From Mytilus trossulus (taxonomy: Eukaryota): a DNA stretch of 64,000 nucleotides. The DNA is taken from positions 93,041,630 to 93,105,629 of the forward strand of contig NC_086376.1 of NCBI RefSeq assembly GCF_036588685.1, read 5' to 3'. The stretch's first letter is position 1; each line of letters opens with the position of its first letter. A model generated the notes under the pieces. The model searched no databases, was not told the DNA's origin, and worked only from the letters and a program-made list of their open reading frames with translations. This document shows positions 27,282 through 40,000 of the stretch, in pieces. The position numbers and the translations under genes are program-made.

Positions 27282-28095
27282 TTTTTATACGACCTCAAAA
27301 AAAATTTTGCACAGATAATGGTATGTCGTCGTCTGTGTCGTCCGAAGAAACATTAGTTTCCGGACAATAACTTTAGATTTAGTGAATGGATCTCTATAAA
27401 TTTTTACCAGAGGGTTTAATACCGCTAAAGGAAGGTTGGGATTGGTATTAGGGTTATGGTCGCAATAGTTAAGGAGTTAGGGGCCAAAAAGGGGGCTTGA
27501 AATAAGCATTTTTGTAGTTTTCAAACAATTACTTGTGTTTAAGTGAATGAATCTCTCTGAAATTATACCACACGTTTCCATACCATCAAGGGATGGTTAC
27601 TAATGACTTTAAGGGGTTATGGCTCAAAATGTTATGGAACTAGGGGGAATTAGGGGCAAAAAAAGGGGAAACTAGGTTTTTCTGGTCAATGGACAATTAA
27701 GACAATTTAAAAAGCAGTGTAAGGGAGGTAATTCAAAAACAGTTAACATACAATGTTTTGTATGTTCGGATTTACGTCCCTTACACTTCTTGTCAATAAT
27801 GTATAAAGAAATGTCAGGATTTGGACTTATTGCAAAAAAAAGAGGTGTGGTAGTAGTTTTCCCTTTTTTTCCCAAAATTTATCAAATTCCAAATTTTTAA
27901 AAAGAAGTAATCTTTAATTGCACAATATTTCATAATAGATTTGTAAGATCTTGACATTTGTTTTGTGTCCTAAACTCATACTATGTCAAGAATTTGATCA
28001 CATGAATCCAAATTTAGAGCTCAACTTGAATCAATGTTGTGTCCATACTTGCCCCAGCTGTTCAGGGTAAACCTATACGGTCATATAAAGCTGTG
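27282..28095 (+). mobile_element. HINE-like non-autonomous Helentron
   Basis: TTTTTATACGACC start, (GTC)n-like microsatellite, and end GGTCATATAAAG followed by a short hairpin. Confidence 0.55.
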
Positions 28096-31017
28096 CCCTG
28101 CAGAGCACCAGGTTTCATTGTGGTTTGAAAGTGGGATAAATTAAACCCGTCAACCAAATACTGGCTCCCGGAGTTGCATATAGTTTTAATGCACTGATAT
28201 AAAACCCTATAAAAATTATACAATGTCAGATGTTGTAGGCCAGTTAGATATTTACCCTTTATCTAGAATATACATACCAAATATTAACCCCTCGTGTATA
28301 AAGGAGGAAATGTCTTGGTCTGGTTGTTGTCTCTTTGATGCATTCCAAATTTTCATTATCAATTTTACTATTCATGAAACTTACATGGTCAATTAGAATT
28401 GACAGTGGATTTTGTCTTTCAACTATTTAGAGGCACATATATTCCCAACATCTGAACAGACTATTAGATAATGACAAAGGCAATCTTGTTGAATTTGTAA
28501 TAGAAAATTCCACTTCCAGTCTCATAATTTTGTTCTCCAGACACATAGTTTGTCTACAAGACTCATCAGTAAGCACAAATCAAAAAAAAAAGACAATATC
28601 AATGATAATTTAAGTCAACACAGAATTCCTGACTACTCTGCTGGTGATACCTAAGTGGAGGTAATCTTTTATACCAGATGTGGCATCAACCCAGTGGTTG
28701 TAAAACATCTGGAACTAAATTAACCCTAATAATTCAGTGGTTATATTCCACTGATCTATGATAGCTACATAAACGCCTGAATGCATAGACAATGAAAAAC
28801 CTTAAATCAACCATTTGAGATTTACCTATCTGGATAAAAAGATTGAGCTAATTGCTGATTGGTCACCTCTCCTACAGGGCACCAATCAAAATCAAGGATT
28901 CATGAAGAGTTTTTATTGTGTTAGGAATTCAGGCCCTCGCAAGTAGGAGAAATCTGTTATGGGGAGGAACTGAATTATTCGGGTAAGCACTTACTGTATG
29001 AATAACAAACTGTTATTAGAGACTCATTCTGAGATATGTCTCGCCTTTTTGTTATGTTGATAATGCAATAGCAATACTTTAACATGGAAGTTATGCAAAT
29101 ATTCAAAGTCAATCGACCATGACTGGAGGTACATGGCCAAAAAAAACCTCCATGGAAATGAGATGTGTCAACACTAATACAACTGCACACAAAATACCAT
29201 TGACTTCATAAGTTGTTCCCTTTAAACATGAACATTGTAAACTATGTAAAAGGGTCAAAGTCAATGACGAGGGGATGGGGCTAAATAATCTCCATGGAAA
29301 CGAGTCGTGTAATGCAAATGAATTTTACATACCAAATATCACTGACTTAACATTAGCTTTTCATCTAAAACTGATCTTATCACAAACTAATACATGTAAG
29401 CCAATCCCCATGAAAATGGGATATTCCAATGCTTATGCAAAATTTCATGGAACTATCACTAGAGGTTCCCCATAAACTAGACCCATTCACAAGCCTATAC
29501 ATGTAAGCTAAGCAAAAGTTTCTGTCAATAGACCATGACTGAGGAGGCCAAATAATCTCCATGAAAATGAGATGTGCCATGCTGATACAACTGCATACCA
29601 AATATCATCTTATCACAAAACTAATACATTGTTCACGGTGATGCCACCTTAAATGGCATATAATGAGCCTTGACATTTTATTGTCATCTTCAAATTGACA
29701 TCACATTTCTCAGTTACCATTTACAATTAAAGGAAGCGGTTAGTTTCTTCAGATGAATTGATTTACATAAAATATCATTTCTGGGCCTTTTAAGGCTTTC
29801 TATACGGTATGTTTTTTTCTCATTATTGAAGGCACTACAGTGACCAATAGTGATTTACTTCTGTCATATCGTCTATGGTTTGATAGTTGTCTTTTGGTAA
29901 TTATATTATATCTTCATATTTTTCGAACAAGCACTGTGTACATTTAAATCCCTTTTAAGTCTACAGAATGTCTTCATCTATTTGGGATTATATCTAGTTG
30001 AGATAATGCCCAATAGATGCATGACAAATTTAATTTTAGCTGGTCCATTTAATTCATACAATTATGTTGAGAAGACTAATCATTCTATTTGATAATATAT
30101 TGGTTTGTTTTTAAAGTCTTTGAAAGAGTAGGATAAGAGCGATGTCTTGCCTGATTTTACTTATCATTGAAAGTCTGTAATATGAAGGTTTTACTACCAG
30201 TATCCAATAAACTTAACATTATCAATGTTTTATGAAAGTGAGGTCACAGTAAAATTAACCATGCCAGACAGGCTTGTACACCTTAGTTGCCCATGACAGC
30301 TTATCTTGTGATCTTATCATTAACAGTACCTGAGAGGACCACATAATCTAAACATTGACCAATGAACCATGAACATGAAATCAATAGATATAAGAAAAAT
30401 ATGGTGTGAGTGCCAATGAGACAACTCTCCATCCAAAAAACAATTCATGAAGGGACCCAAAATTACTAGTGTAAAACCATTCAAGGTCGTATGCTCCCTG
30501 TTATAGACATGTACACCTTACAGTCATTCAATACACCAAATATATATCGTTGACCTATTCCTTATACTTATAGTATCTGATTACCTAACAAAATATGAAA
30601 ACTTACCATTGACTGATGAACCATGAAAATTAGGTCACGATCACATGAACCCTGCCAGACAGACTTGTTCTACTTACAATTATTCCATATATCAAATATA
30701 AGTTGATAGGTTAAATAATCTGTCAAATGAACCATGAGAATGAGGTCCTGGTCAGAGGAAACCTGCCAGTAGATCAGTACACTTAACAATCACCTCATAC
30801 ACCAAATATGGTGTCCCTAATGCCCGCTTATAGTATCTGAAAAATAGACCAACCACAAAAACTAAATATTGTCAAATGAACCATGCAATAAAGATCAAGG
30901 TCAGATGAAACTTGCCAGTCCTACATGTATACCTTACAATCATTCCATACATCAAATATAGTTGACCTAGAAATCAAAATAAATGAAATAAAAAACCATT
31001 TAAAAATTTTTGTGAGT

Positions 31018-34000
31018 TTAATCGTCAAATTTTATCTTCTTTCCTTGGAAAGCTTGGATGGTTGAATGTTCCTTCCTTTTCTTACTAGCCTCCCAAGACG
31101 GATGGAGTTTCTCCTCTGTTTTTGTTGATGAACCTTGAAAAATAAAATATTAATTTTCAAGTTTAATTCTAACATATTTACATTACGTTAACTTGTTAAT
31201 CAATGTTTCACAATAAAAACAAGGATAAGAAAACAAGTTTATCAATATAACTGATATTTATTTTACTCTGAACTTGAACAAAAGTAGCAACTTTTATTAG
31301 AATAAGTTGGTTCAATATGAATTTTTCCTATCAAAAAGATTGTAAGATATTGAATTTATTAAAGTACTGTCTATAGTGAAACAGCTAGCCCCATGGTGAC
31401 TTTAGATTTACCTGATTTCCACCTACTCAACAGAGGCTGATTTAGAGGGGGTCCTGTTTCTCTTCATCAAAATCCTCTATCCGAATCTGAGCAATGTAGG
31501 ATTCAACCCCAGACATTTTTAATACATGTAATACAGCACTTAATACAATCAAACAATCAAAAAGAATGTCCAATTGCAATAAATTGGTTTACATATTTTA
31601 TTTATCTTTATTTACAAAATAACAATTTCAGCATAATTTGTTAAATGAACAATAACAAGAATGTGTCCAAAGTACACGGATGCCCCACTCGCACTATCCT
31701 TTTGCATGTTCCATGGACCGTTAAATTGGGTAATAATCTAATTTGGCATTAAAATTAGAAAGAGTATACTATAGGGAACATATGTACTAAGTTTCAAGTT
31801 GATTGGACGTCAATTTCAACAAAAACTACCTTGACCAAAAACTTTAACCTGAAACTTCCACTTTTATTTTCTATGTTCAGTGGACCGTGAAATTGAAGTC
31901 AAAAGTCTAATTTGGCTTTAAAATTAGAAAGATCATATCATAAGCAACAAGTGTACTAAGTTTCAAGTTGATTGGACTTCAGCTTCATCAAAAACTACCA
32001 TGACCAAAAACTTTAACATGAACGAACGGACGCATATACGGACAAACAGAACCACAGAAGAACAAACGGAGCCACAGACAAGAAAACATAATGCCCCTCT
32101 ACTATCGTAGGTGGGGCATAAAAATTGCAAGAATATGTAATTATTGAAAACATACATCAAGCCGTACGGTGATCTATGGTTGTTAATTTCTGTGTCATTT
32201 GGTCTCTTGTGGAGAGTTGTCTCATTTGCAATCATAACACATCTTTTTTATAAACCCAAATAACATGTATACATGAAAATACAAAATTACTATGCTTGGA
32301 TTGTAGCATAAAATTAAAATGACATAGATAAAATAATTACCTTTATTGTCAGCGTAGGACCTGTAAAAAGTTAAAAAAAGTTATATTTTAAAGTTAAAAT
32401 GTCTCTTCTTTTTTTTTCTTGATAATTTATATGTGTGTCTCACGAATAGTTTAGATTTGTTTTGGTAGCCTATACCATCTAAAACTGTTATCTTAATTTT
32501 AAAACTATAAGCTCTCAAAAAAAGAAAATACAAAAATATTTACAAAATATATCCACATCTAGCATGTCTAATTCAGAACTAAAATATGTTATATTTAATA
32601 GTACATTTACAAGTACATGTTAAATCTGTAATGTTTTTTAGTTAAAATTGTAGCAAGAATGTGTATATTAAATTGAGTAATCTAGTGTAAAAGTAAAATC
32701 TCATTTGCAGTTATTTACAAAAAACTGTCTGATGTACAAGCATTTAGAGTTGTGAGCCTTTTTGAAGGCCTAGCACAATTATTTAACATCCCTCCACAAT
32801 AGTCTTTGTTTAGGTTGTGAAATAAAAGATAGAACTGTAATGAGAAATGGTCAGCAAACCAAAATAAAATTTGGCATATTTAACATGTTTAAGGGGTTGT
32901 AAAAAATGTATACATATACCATGTAATTTTGGTAAATATGTTTTTTTTTAAATCACATTTCAATAAGAGTTTTAAGTGAAAAAAATGATAATTTAAAATC
33001 TATAAAATATCTTGCATGAATGTTGTTTTTATACATGTGAAAAATAAATAAACAAACTTAAACAATTAAAGAAAATATTTGAGTCATATTATATTCAAAA
33101 AGAAACAAAGCTTACCAATGTAGTCTATTTGGTTATATATAAAGTATGTAAAATAAGTTGTTATCATGATCATGTACTCACTGGTTTTGTCTGTATGAAC
33201 TTCCTCTATTGTCTGACCTCTGGAAATCTCTAGGTCCATTCTGATGACCTTGGAAATTGCCTCTTCCTCGTCTTTCAAAATTCCCTTGTCCTCCTCTCCC
33301 TCTATAATTATTAAATCCTCTGTCCCTACCATATCCTCTGTTTTGCCCCCTCCCTCTGCTGTCATCTCTTCTATCAAAATGTCCCCTCCCTCTGCTGTCA
33401 TTTCGTCTGTCAAAACCCCCTCTTCCTCTACTGTCATTGCGTCTGTCAAAACCCCCTCTTCCTCTGCTGTCAGTTCGTCTGTCAAAGCCTCCCCTTCCTC
33501 TGCTGTCATTTCGTCTGTCAAAATGTCCCCATCTACCTCCGTATCCTTGTCCCTCACTTTCATCATGAGGTCTATGTTTTGATTTCACTTCATTTAAAGC
33601 ACCTAGAAAAGAACTACTAATAGCCTGTCTACTAGCTTCTCTCTTTTCGTCTTCACCCATGTCATCTGATTCACTGTCACCATGAGTAGAAGGAAGATTA
33701 TCATCTGAATCTTCATCATCACTATCACCTCTTTCAAAGAATGAATCTTTAGACTTTCTCACTTTTGAAATGTTTTCCTCCTGGGAATTAGCTACAAGAA
33801 AGTCTGGGATATCTTCATCTTTGCTATTAACAAGGTCATTCATGTTCAATTTCTTGACTACCATTTCACCTTTAATTTTAGTGTGGTCTTCATTCTCACT
33901 TTCAACCTGTTCATCATTGTTCGAATCTTCCTCACTTATTTCACTTTCATCACTGTCTGAACCTACTACTCTACTTTCACTTTCATCACTGTCTGAACCT

Positions 34001-37000
34001 ACTACTCTACTTTCACTTTCATCACTGTCTGAACCTACTACTCTACTTTCACTTTCATCAATGTCTGAATCTTCTTCATTACTTTCACTTTCAGCATTGC
34101 TTTGGTCATCAGAAATTTCATTATTTTCACTTTCTTTCAAAGAATCATTATCTCCATTTGAATTACTGTCCTCTTCCTTGTTTGCTTGTTTTTTAATTAC
34201 CTCACTTGTATCACTTTTTTCTTTAACATTTGTTAATTTATGTGTTTTTTCTTCCATACTTTTTTTAAATTTTGTTGGACTTTTTTCTAAATTAACTTTA
34301 CTTGTCTTTTGTGGGCTAACTTTTATTATTTCTGTTAACTTTTTGGATTCTTCGCTATCATTTGTTGATTGACATGATATTTCTTCCATTACTTCTGATA
34401 GTTCTTGCTGACTCTCATCCTCAACTTGAGTTGTTTGTCCTTGACTTACTTTTTCCATTTCCGTAGATTTATTCACCAGTTCTGTGTCTGACGCATTACC
34501 GGAAACACCACTATCATCTTCTATAGTTAATTCTGAATCCTTTCCTATTTTATTTTCCAAGTACGCCTTTACTAAAACATTTCCGGCATTTACATTTGTC
34601 ATCATTTTAGATTTGATTTCCTTGTATTTATTTTTGTTAAAACGCCTAGGAATATGGTTAAGAAGAAACTCTGATAAGGACTTCCAGTCATCATGGTCCT
34701 TTCTAAACTTGTCTACTTCCTCCTTCAGTGCAGCATGTTCTGATAGTCTAGCTAGTGCTATCATTTCTGAAGAGGCATCAGGCTGTAAGTACAAGTACAA
34801 GTCTTAACTAGTGTTGGTATTTTATGTTATACTTATAAAGCAACCATCATATTGGATTCTTCCATGGATAAAAAGATTTGGTTTGGAAGTTTGGGTGCAT
34901 ATAGAAAACTTCTTTCTAACCAGAAAGTTGAGAGTCCAGAAATTTTGATACGATCTGAGTAAACATTTTATCAATCCTTTGGTATTTTTATAATACAGTA
35001 TAAAAAAGATGTGGTATGATTGCCAATGAGACAACTATCCACAAAAGACCAAAATGACACAGACATTAACAACTGTAGGTCACTGTATGGCCTTCAACAA
35101 TGAGCCCATGCAGCATAGTCAGCTTTAAAAGGCCCTGATAAGACAATGTAAAACAATTCAAACGAGAAAACTAACGGCCTTATTTATGTAAAATATAAGT
35201 TGTTTTTTTGCTTTGAACTAGGTGTTGGTACTTGTGAGTACTCTCAGATCTGTACTTTTTGTCTTTCATGTTGTGAAGGATGCATATTTCCTGTATATAG
35301 TCTGTGTTTTTGTTATTTGTTTTACTAATTTGTATCGATCTGACAAGATAAGCCCTTTTCAACTAATTTTTATAGTTTTTTATAGTGTTGTATTGTTAAA
35401 ACACTCTCCCAGGTTAGGGGAATGTTGGAGCATTCAAACATGTGTAACTCTGTCATTTTCTTTTTTTAACTTTAACAAAAACAGAGCACAGTCTTTATGT
35501 TCACAATAAAATATTCAACTTTAATGATGTAGTATATATCTCTTGACCAGGGAGGAAAATCAATTTTCTCCTCCAAAAATCTGTAAAATGCCAAGGATGA
35601 TAATGATTACTTACCTTTTCTGTTATTTCTTGTAGAACTGAATCATATCCAATGGCAAACTTAGAAACTTTGTCAAGTTTCAAGTCCTACAAATAAAACA
35701 ACACATTTATATAGACTAATTATTAAGTATATATAGATTGGTTGTCTTAACAAACTTGTTTCATTTTTTATCAGTCTATGAAGCACAATGATAACACATG
35801 GATTTTCAACCCAAAATAATATTCAAACAGAAACTGAAAAATCACAACATATAAAATAAGAAGATGTGGTATGAGGCAGTATTACAACAGATACCAAGTG
35901 ATAGTAAGAGTTCAAACTTGATCTTTAAACCAGTCTAAATGGTATTGGCTTCTCACTTGTGGAATGCCAGATGGAGATCAATAGATGTTTAAATCCACAT
36001 CATTTTGAATCTGTTGTTCAGTTCTCAAAGCAAATCATACTTTGTGTTTCAAACTCCACTTCATTAGTTCAGCTATTGAAAACATATACATGCACAAAAA
36101 ATTCTTGATCCAGAAATCCTAGTGAGATTTAATTGTCACTATCATTACACCTTATGTAAGAATTCTGGATTTTGATTGGTTGATAGTATGTTTTTGACCA
36201 ATTGACTGTTCTTGTTCATTTTTTAACACTGTCGGGGTATTTTCCAAAAGGATATGCCCTTTTTTACCCTCTCTGCTGTGGTATTTGCCAAAAAATACTC
36301 TATCCGACTTAACGCTTGTAACATCACGATCATCAATGTGTTTGTGAACATTAACATTCGGTGTAATTAAACAGATATAGCATGTTCTTGAGGGGTATTT
36401 GCAAAAAATACCAGTCTTGAGAATGAATTTCCCTCTCCTTACAGCTCGTGAAATTTAACATTCTCTCCCCTTACAGCTCGTGAAATTTAACATTCTCTCG
36501 CCTTACAGCTCGTGAAATTTAACATTCTCTCCCCTTACAGCTCGTGAAATTTAACATTCTCTCCACTGATATTTTTCGCAAATACCCCTCCTTAACATGA
36601 TATATATCTGTTTAAAATTAATTTGGCTCATTTAATTTTCATAAAATTCTGTCAAAGTATTTACTTTGACCCTTTAACAAAAATATAAAAATTTCAAAAA
36701 TTTTGAACTAACTGTTTTGTATGAAAAATTACACTGGATTAAGGTGGTAGACCTAGGTTAAGGGAAATAACTCTTAAAATCATAAGTACATTTGTGTCAA
36801 CCATTTTCATAAATACGTTCTATTAGCTTCTAGGATACATAGATTATTTTCAATCTGTTTCAGGTAAATGCTTAAAATACATTAATAAAACTTGGCTATT
36901 GCAAACGCATCACTGAATTAATTTTGATCATTGAGAAGCTTAATATTCCTTTTACAACACAACGTAATTAAAATGTTTAGCTGACTTTACAGAGTTACTT

Positions 37001-40000
37001 CCCTGTAGTGTTAGGTACCACCTAAACATATGAATATTATACCTTGATGGCATACATAACTTCTAACTGTCTCTCAATCTTTCTTTTGTCCTTATTTTTT
37101 TCTTCTTCTGTCCCTCTAAAATTGTTTTGATATATGAATTACATTTATGAGGTATGTAATAATGCATAATTGTGAATGATAAATGCTTGTTGTTGGATTC
37201 TCTGATTGAGAGGGCCCCAGATCCTAAGCCATATGGACCACCTTGCTGTTAAAACTTATGAGCAGGTTTTACTAGGAGAGGTTTATATGTTAATTTTTTT
37301 TAAAGTCAAAAATAATAACTTACAATGTATGTATAATTTTCAGTCATGACAGTGTACATTGCTATTTGACTAGGCATCAAAATTTTACTTGACTTAACAG
37401 GAAACATCACTCTTGTAATACCTCCCAATATCATTGGCATACCTGTCAACTCACCCGTTTTTTGCGGGTGACACCCGTTATTTTCACCTCTCACCCGGGA
37501 GTTTTTCTTTACCTGGCGGGTCCCGGGAATTTCTAACATTACCCGTTTCACCCGGATTTCTGACCGGAATTGTTTCCGGTATTTAGAAGTAATACGACCT
37601 TCGGTTTTATCGGTCTTTTTCATTGTAACCAAAAGTCAAAATGTAGGACTTGTTTACCTTAACTGGAATCCGCTTGTATTACGCTTCACTTAAACAAAGT
37701 GTAGTAGTCAGTCGAGAACCAGCTTATGTTTACCTGAGCTACGTAACGATATTTTCAACAAGCTACAAGATGAGTTCAGTGACTATCAGTTGACCCCATT
37801 AGATGAACTTCCACTTTGCACTTCCCCTGAAACTGACATTGGTACATTTTGGGGAGAAATATCCAAGTTGCATGACATTTTTCTTAACAAGCCAAGATTT
37901 TTTGTTTTGTCAAAACTTGCTAAAACATTACTGGTTTTGCCAAACAGCAATGCAGACAGTGAGAGGGCATTTTCTTTAGTAAAGAAAATAGCTACAGAGT
38001 TTAGGGCTGATCTTAATAAGGATACACTGTGTGCTCTTCTTTCTTGTAAAATGAATACACATTTGCATTGCTATGAACTGAAACCAAGTGCAGTTCTTTT
38101 AAAGAATGCCAAGTCTGCTACTATGGAATATAACAATAGTCTGAAATAAACTTGTATACATGTTCTAACTGTTTTATATACATATTGACTATATAAATTA
38201 TATGTAAACATATTTTTGTTCTTCAATTGAGCCCACAAAATGTCGTACGCGTTATGACCTGAGATTTTTTTTCTCAATGCAGGTCATGACCTGACTTTTC
38301 ATTTTCAGAGGTTGACAGGTATGCATTGGCTATATATTGTCGATGAAGAATGTCCTATTTATCTTCATGATTCAATTTACTGAAAGGAAATCTCTTATTC
38401 TTTTAGATACCAAAATACAACAGACCTACAATCTTAACTAAAAAACTGGCTGTGTATGTAATCATTTTAAAATTAATTCACAGTGTTCTCTCCAGGGTGT
38501 TTTCGCATCATGGTAATGGGATGACATATTGCTAGTAAGTGATGTAAAATTAGTTCAACATTAAGGCCTAAATTAATATAATGTTTGTTTCTCCATTCTG
38601 ACCCTTCCAAGCCAGGTGTGGGTAGGTAGGTAGGTAGGGAAATAATTTTATTTTTTCCAAAAAGATAGCACAATATATAGGTCGATACACAAGCCTGAAA
38701 ATCAGATGTGAATAAAATAATATTTGACTTAGTTTTGACAATAAAATTTTATATGAGTTGGACCATTTTTGCAGGGTTGGTCGGGATTGAGGAAACAAAA
38801 AATATTTCATTTTAGGCCTAATAGATAGTGTTTATATGAATGTGATGCTATACATTTTTGTATTTTCTAGAACCATAATGGAATTTCATAATTTTCTATC
38901 TACCAGGATGATATAAGAAATTTCTGAGGAGAACACTAAATTCAAGAACCTGATAAATTCTTGGTGTAGCAGCTTGTACAAAACTACTTAATTCTTTTTA
39001 ATATTTTTAATTCATGTAATTATTGCTTTGTTTTTCGCATGGCAAATGTTTTTGTTTACTTTAATATTTAAGTTTTTCTGCTATTTTTTTACTGATTTGA
39101 GCTACTTAATTAATCTCTATAATTTTTTGACCCATTAAATGCATGCTTCATAATGTGTGCTATATTTTGATTTCTGTTTTAATTTTATGTGAGTATGACT
39201 TGATATGTATGTTTTAATCGTATGTGAGTATGACTTGATACGTATGTTTTAATCGTATGTGAGTATGACTTGATACATATGTTTTAATCCTATGTGAGTA
39301 TGACTTGATACATATGTTTTAATCGTATGTGAGTATGACTTGATATGTATGTTTTAATCGTATGTGAGTATGACTTGTTAGGTATGTTTTGATTTCTGTT
39401 TTAATTGTATGTGAGTACGACTTGATACATATGTTTTGATTTCTGTTTTAATCGTATGTGAGTATGACTTGATACGTATGTTTTGATTTCTGTTTTAATC
39501 GTATGTGAGTATGACTTGATCAATACGTTTGTTTTGATTGCTGTGCTTTTTTTTTGTCTGTTGTAAAAGCTCTTCTGAGTTTATGTTTGTAATTGTGTTA
39601 CATTTACAGACATTAAGGTGGTACCTAACACTACAGGGAGATAACTCTGTAAAGTCAGATAAACGTTTTAATTACGGTACGTTGTGTTGTAAAGTGAATA
39701 TTAAACTTCTCAATGATCAAAGTTGGTGTTTGTCAAATTGCTATATAACCAGTGTATTTTTTTTCTGACAAAACGGTTGGTTCAAAATTTTTGAAATTTT
39801 TACATTAAGGGGATAGACCTTGGTTCAGGGAGATAACTTTTTAAATCAGTTATGAGTTTTTAAAAGTCAAGTATCATCAATGTATTTTAAGCATTTAATT
39901 GAAACAGATTGGAAATAATCTATGTAACCTAGAAGGTTAGAATATATTTATGAAAATGGGTAACACAAACATACTGATGATTTTAAGAGTTACTTCCCCT

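Noticed and set aside
33084-34807. Alternative-frame and antisense ORFs (160, 112, 200, 107 aa)
   Set aside because: Shadows of the low-complexity SRFBP1 exon 5.
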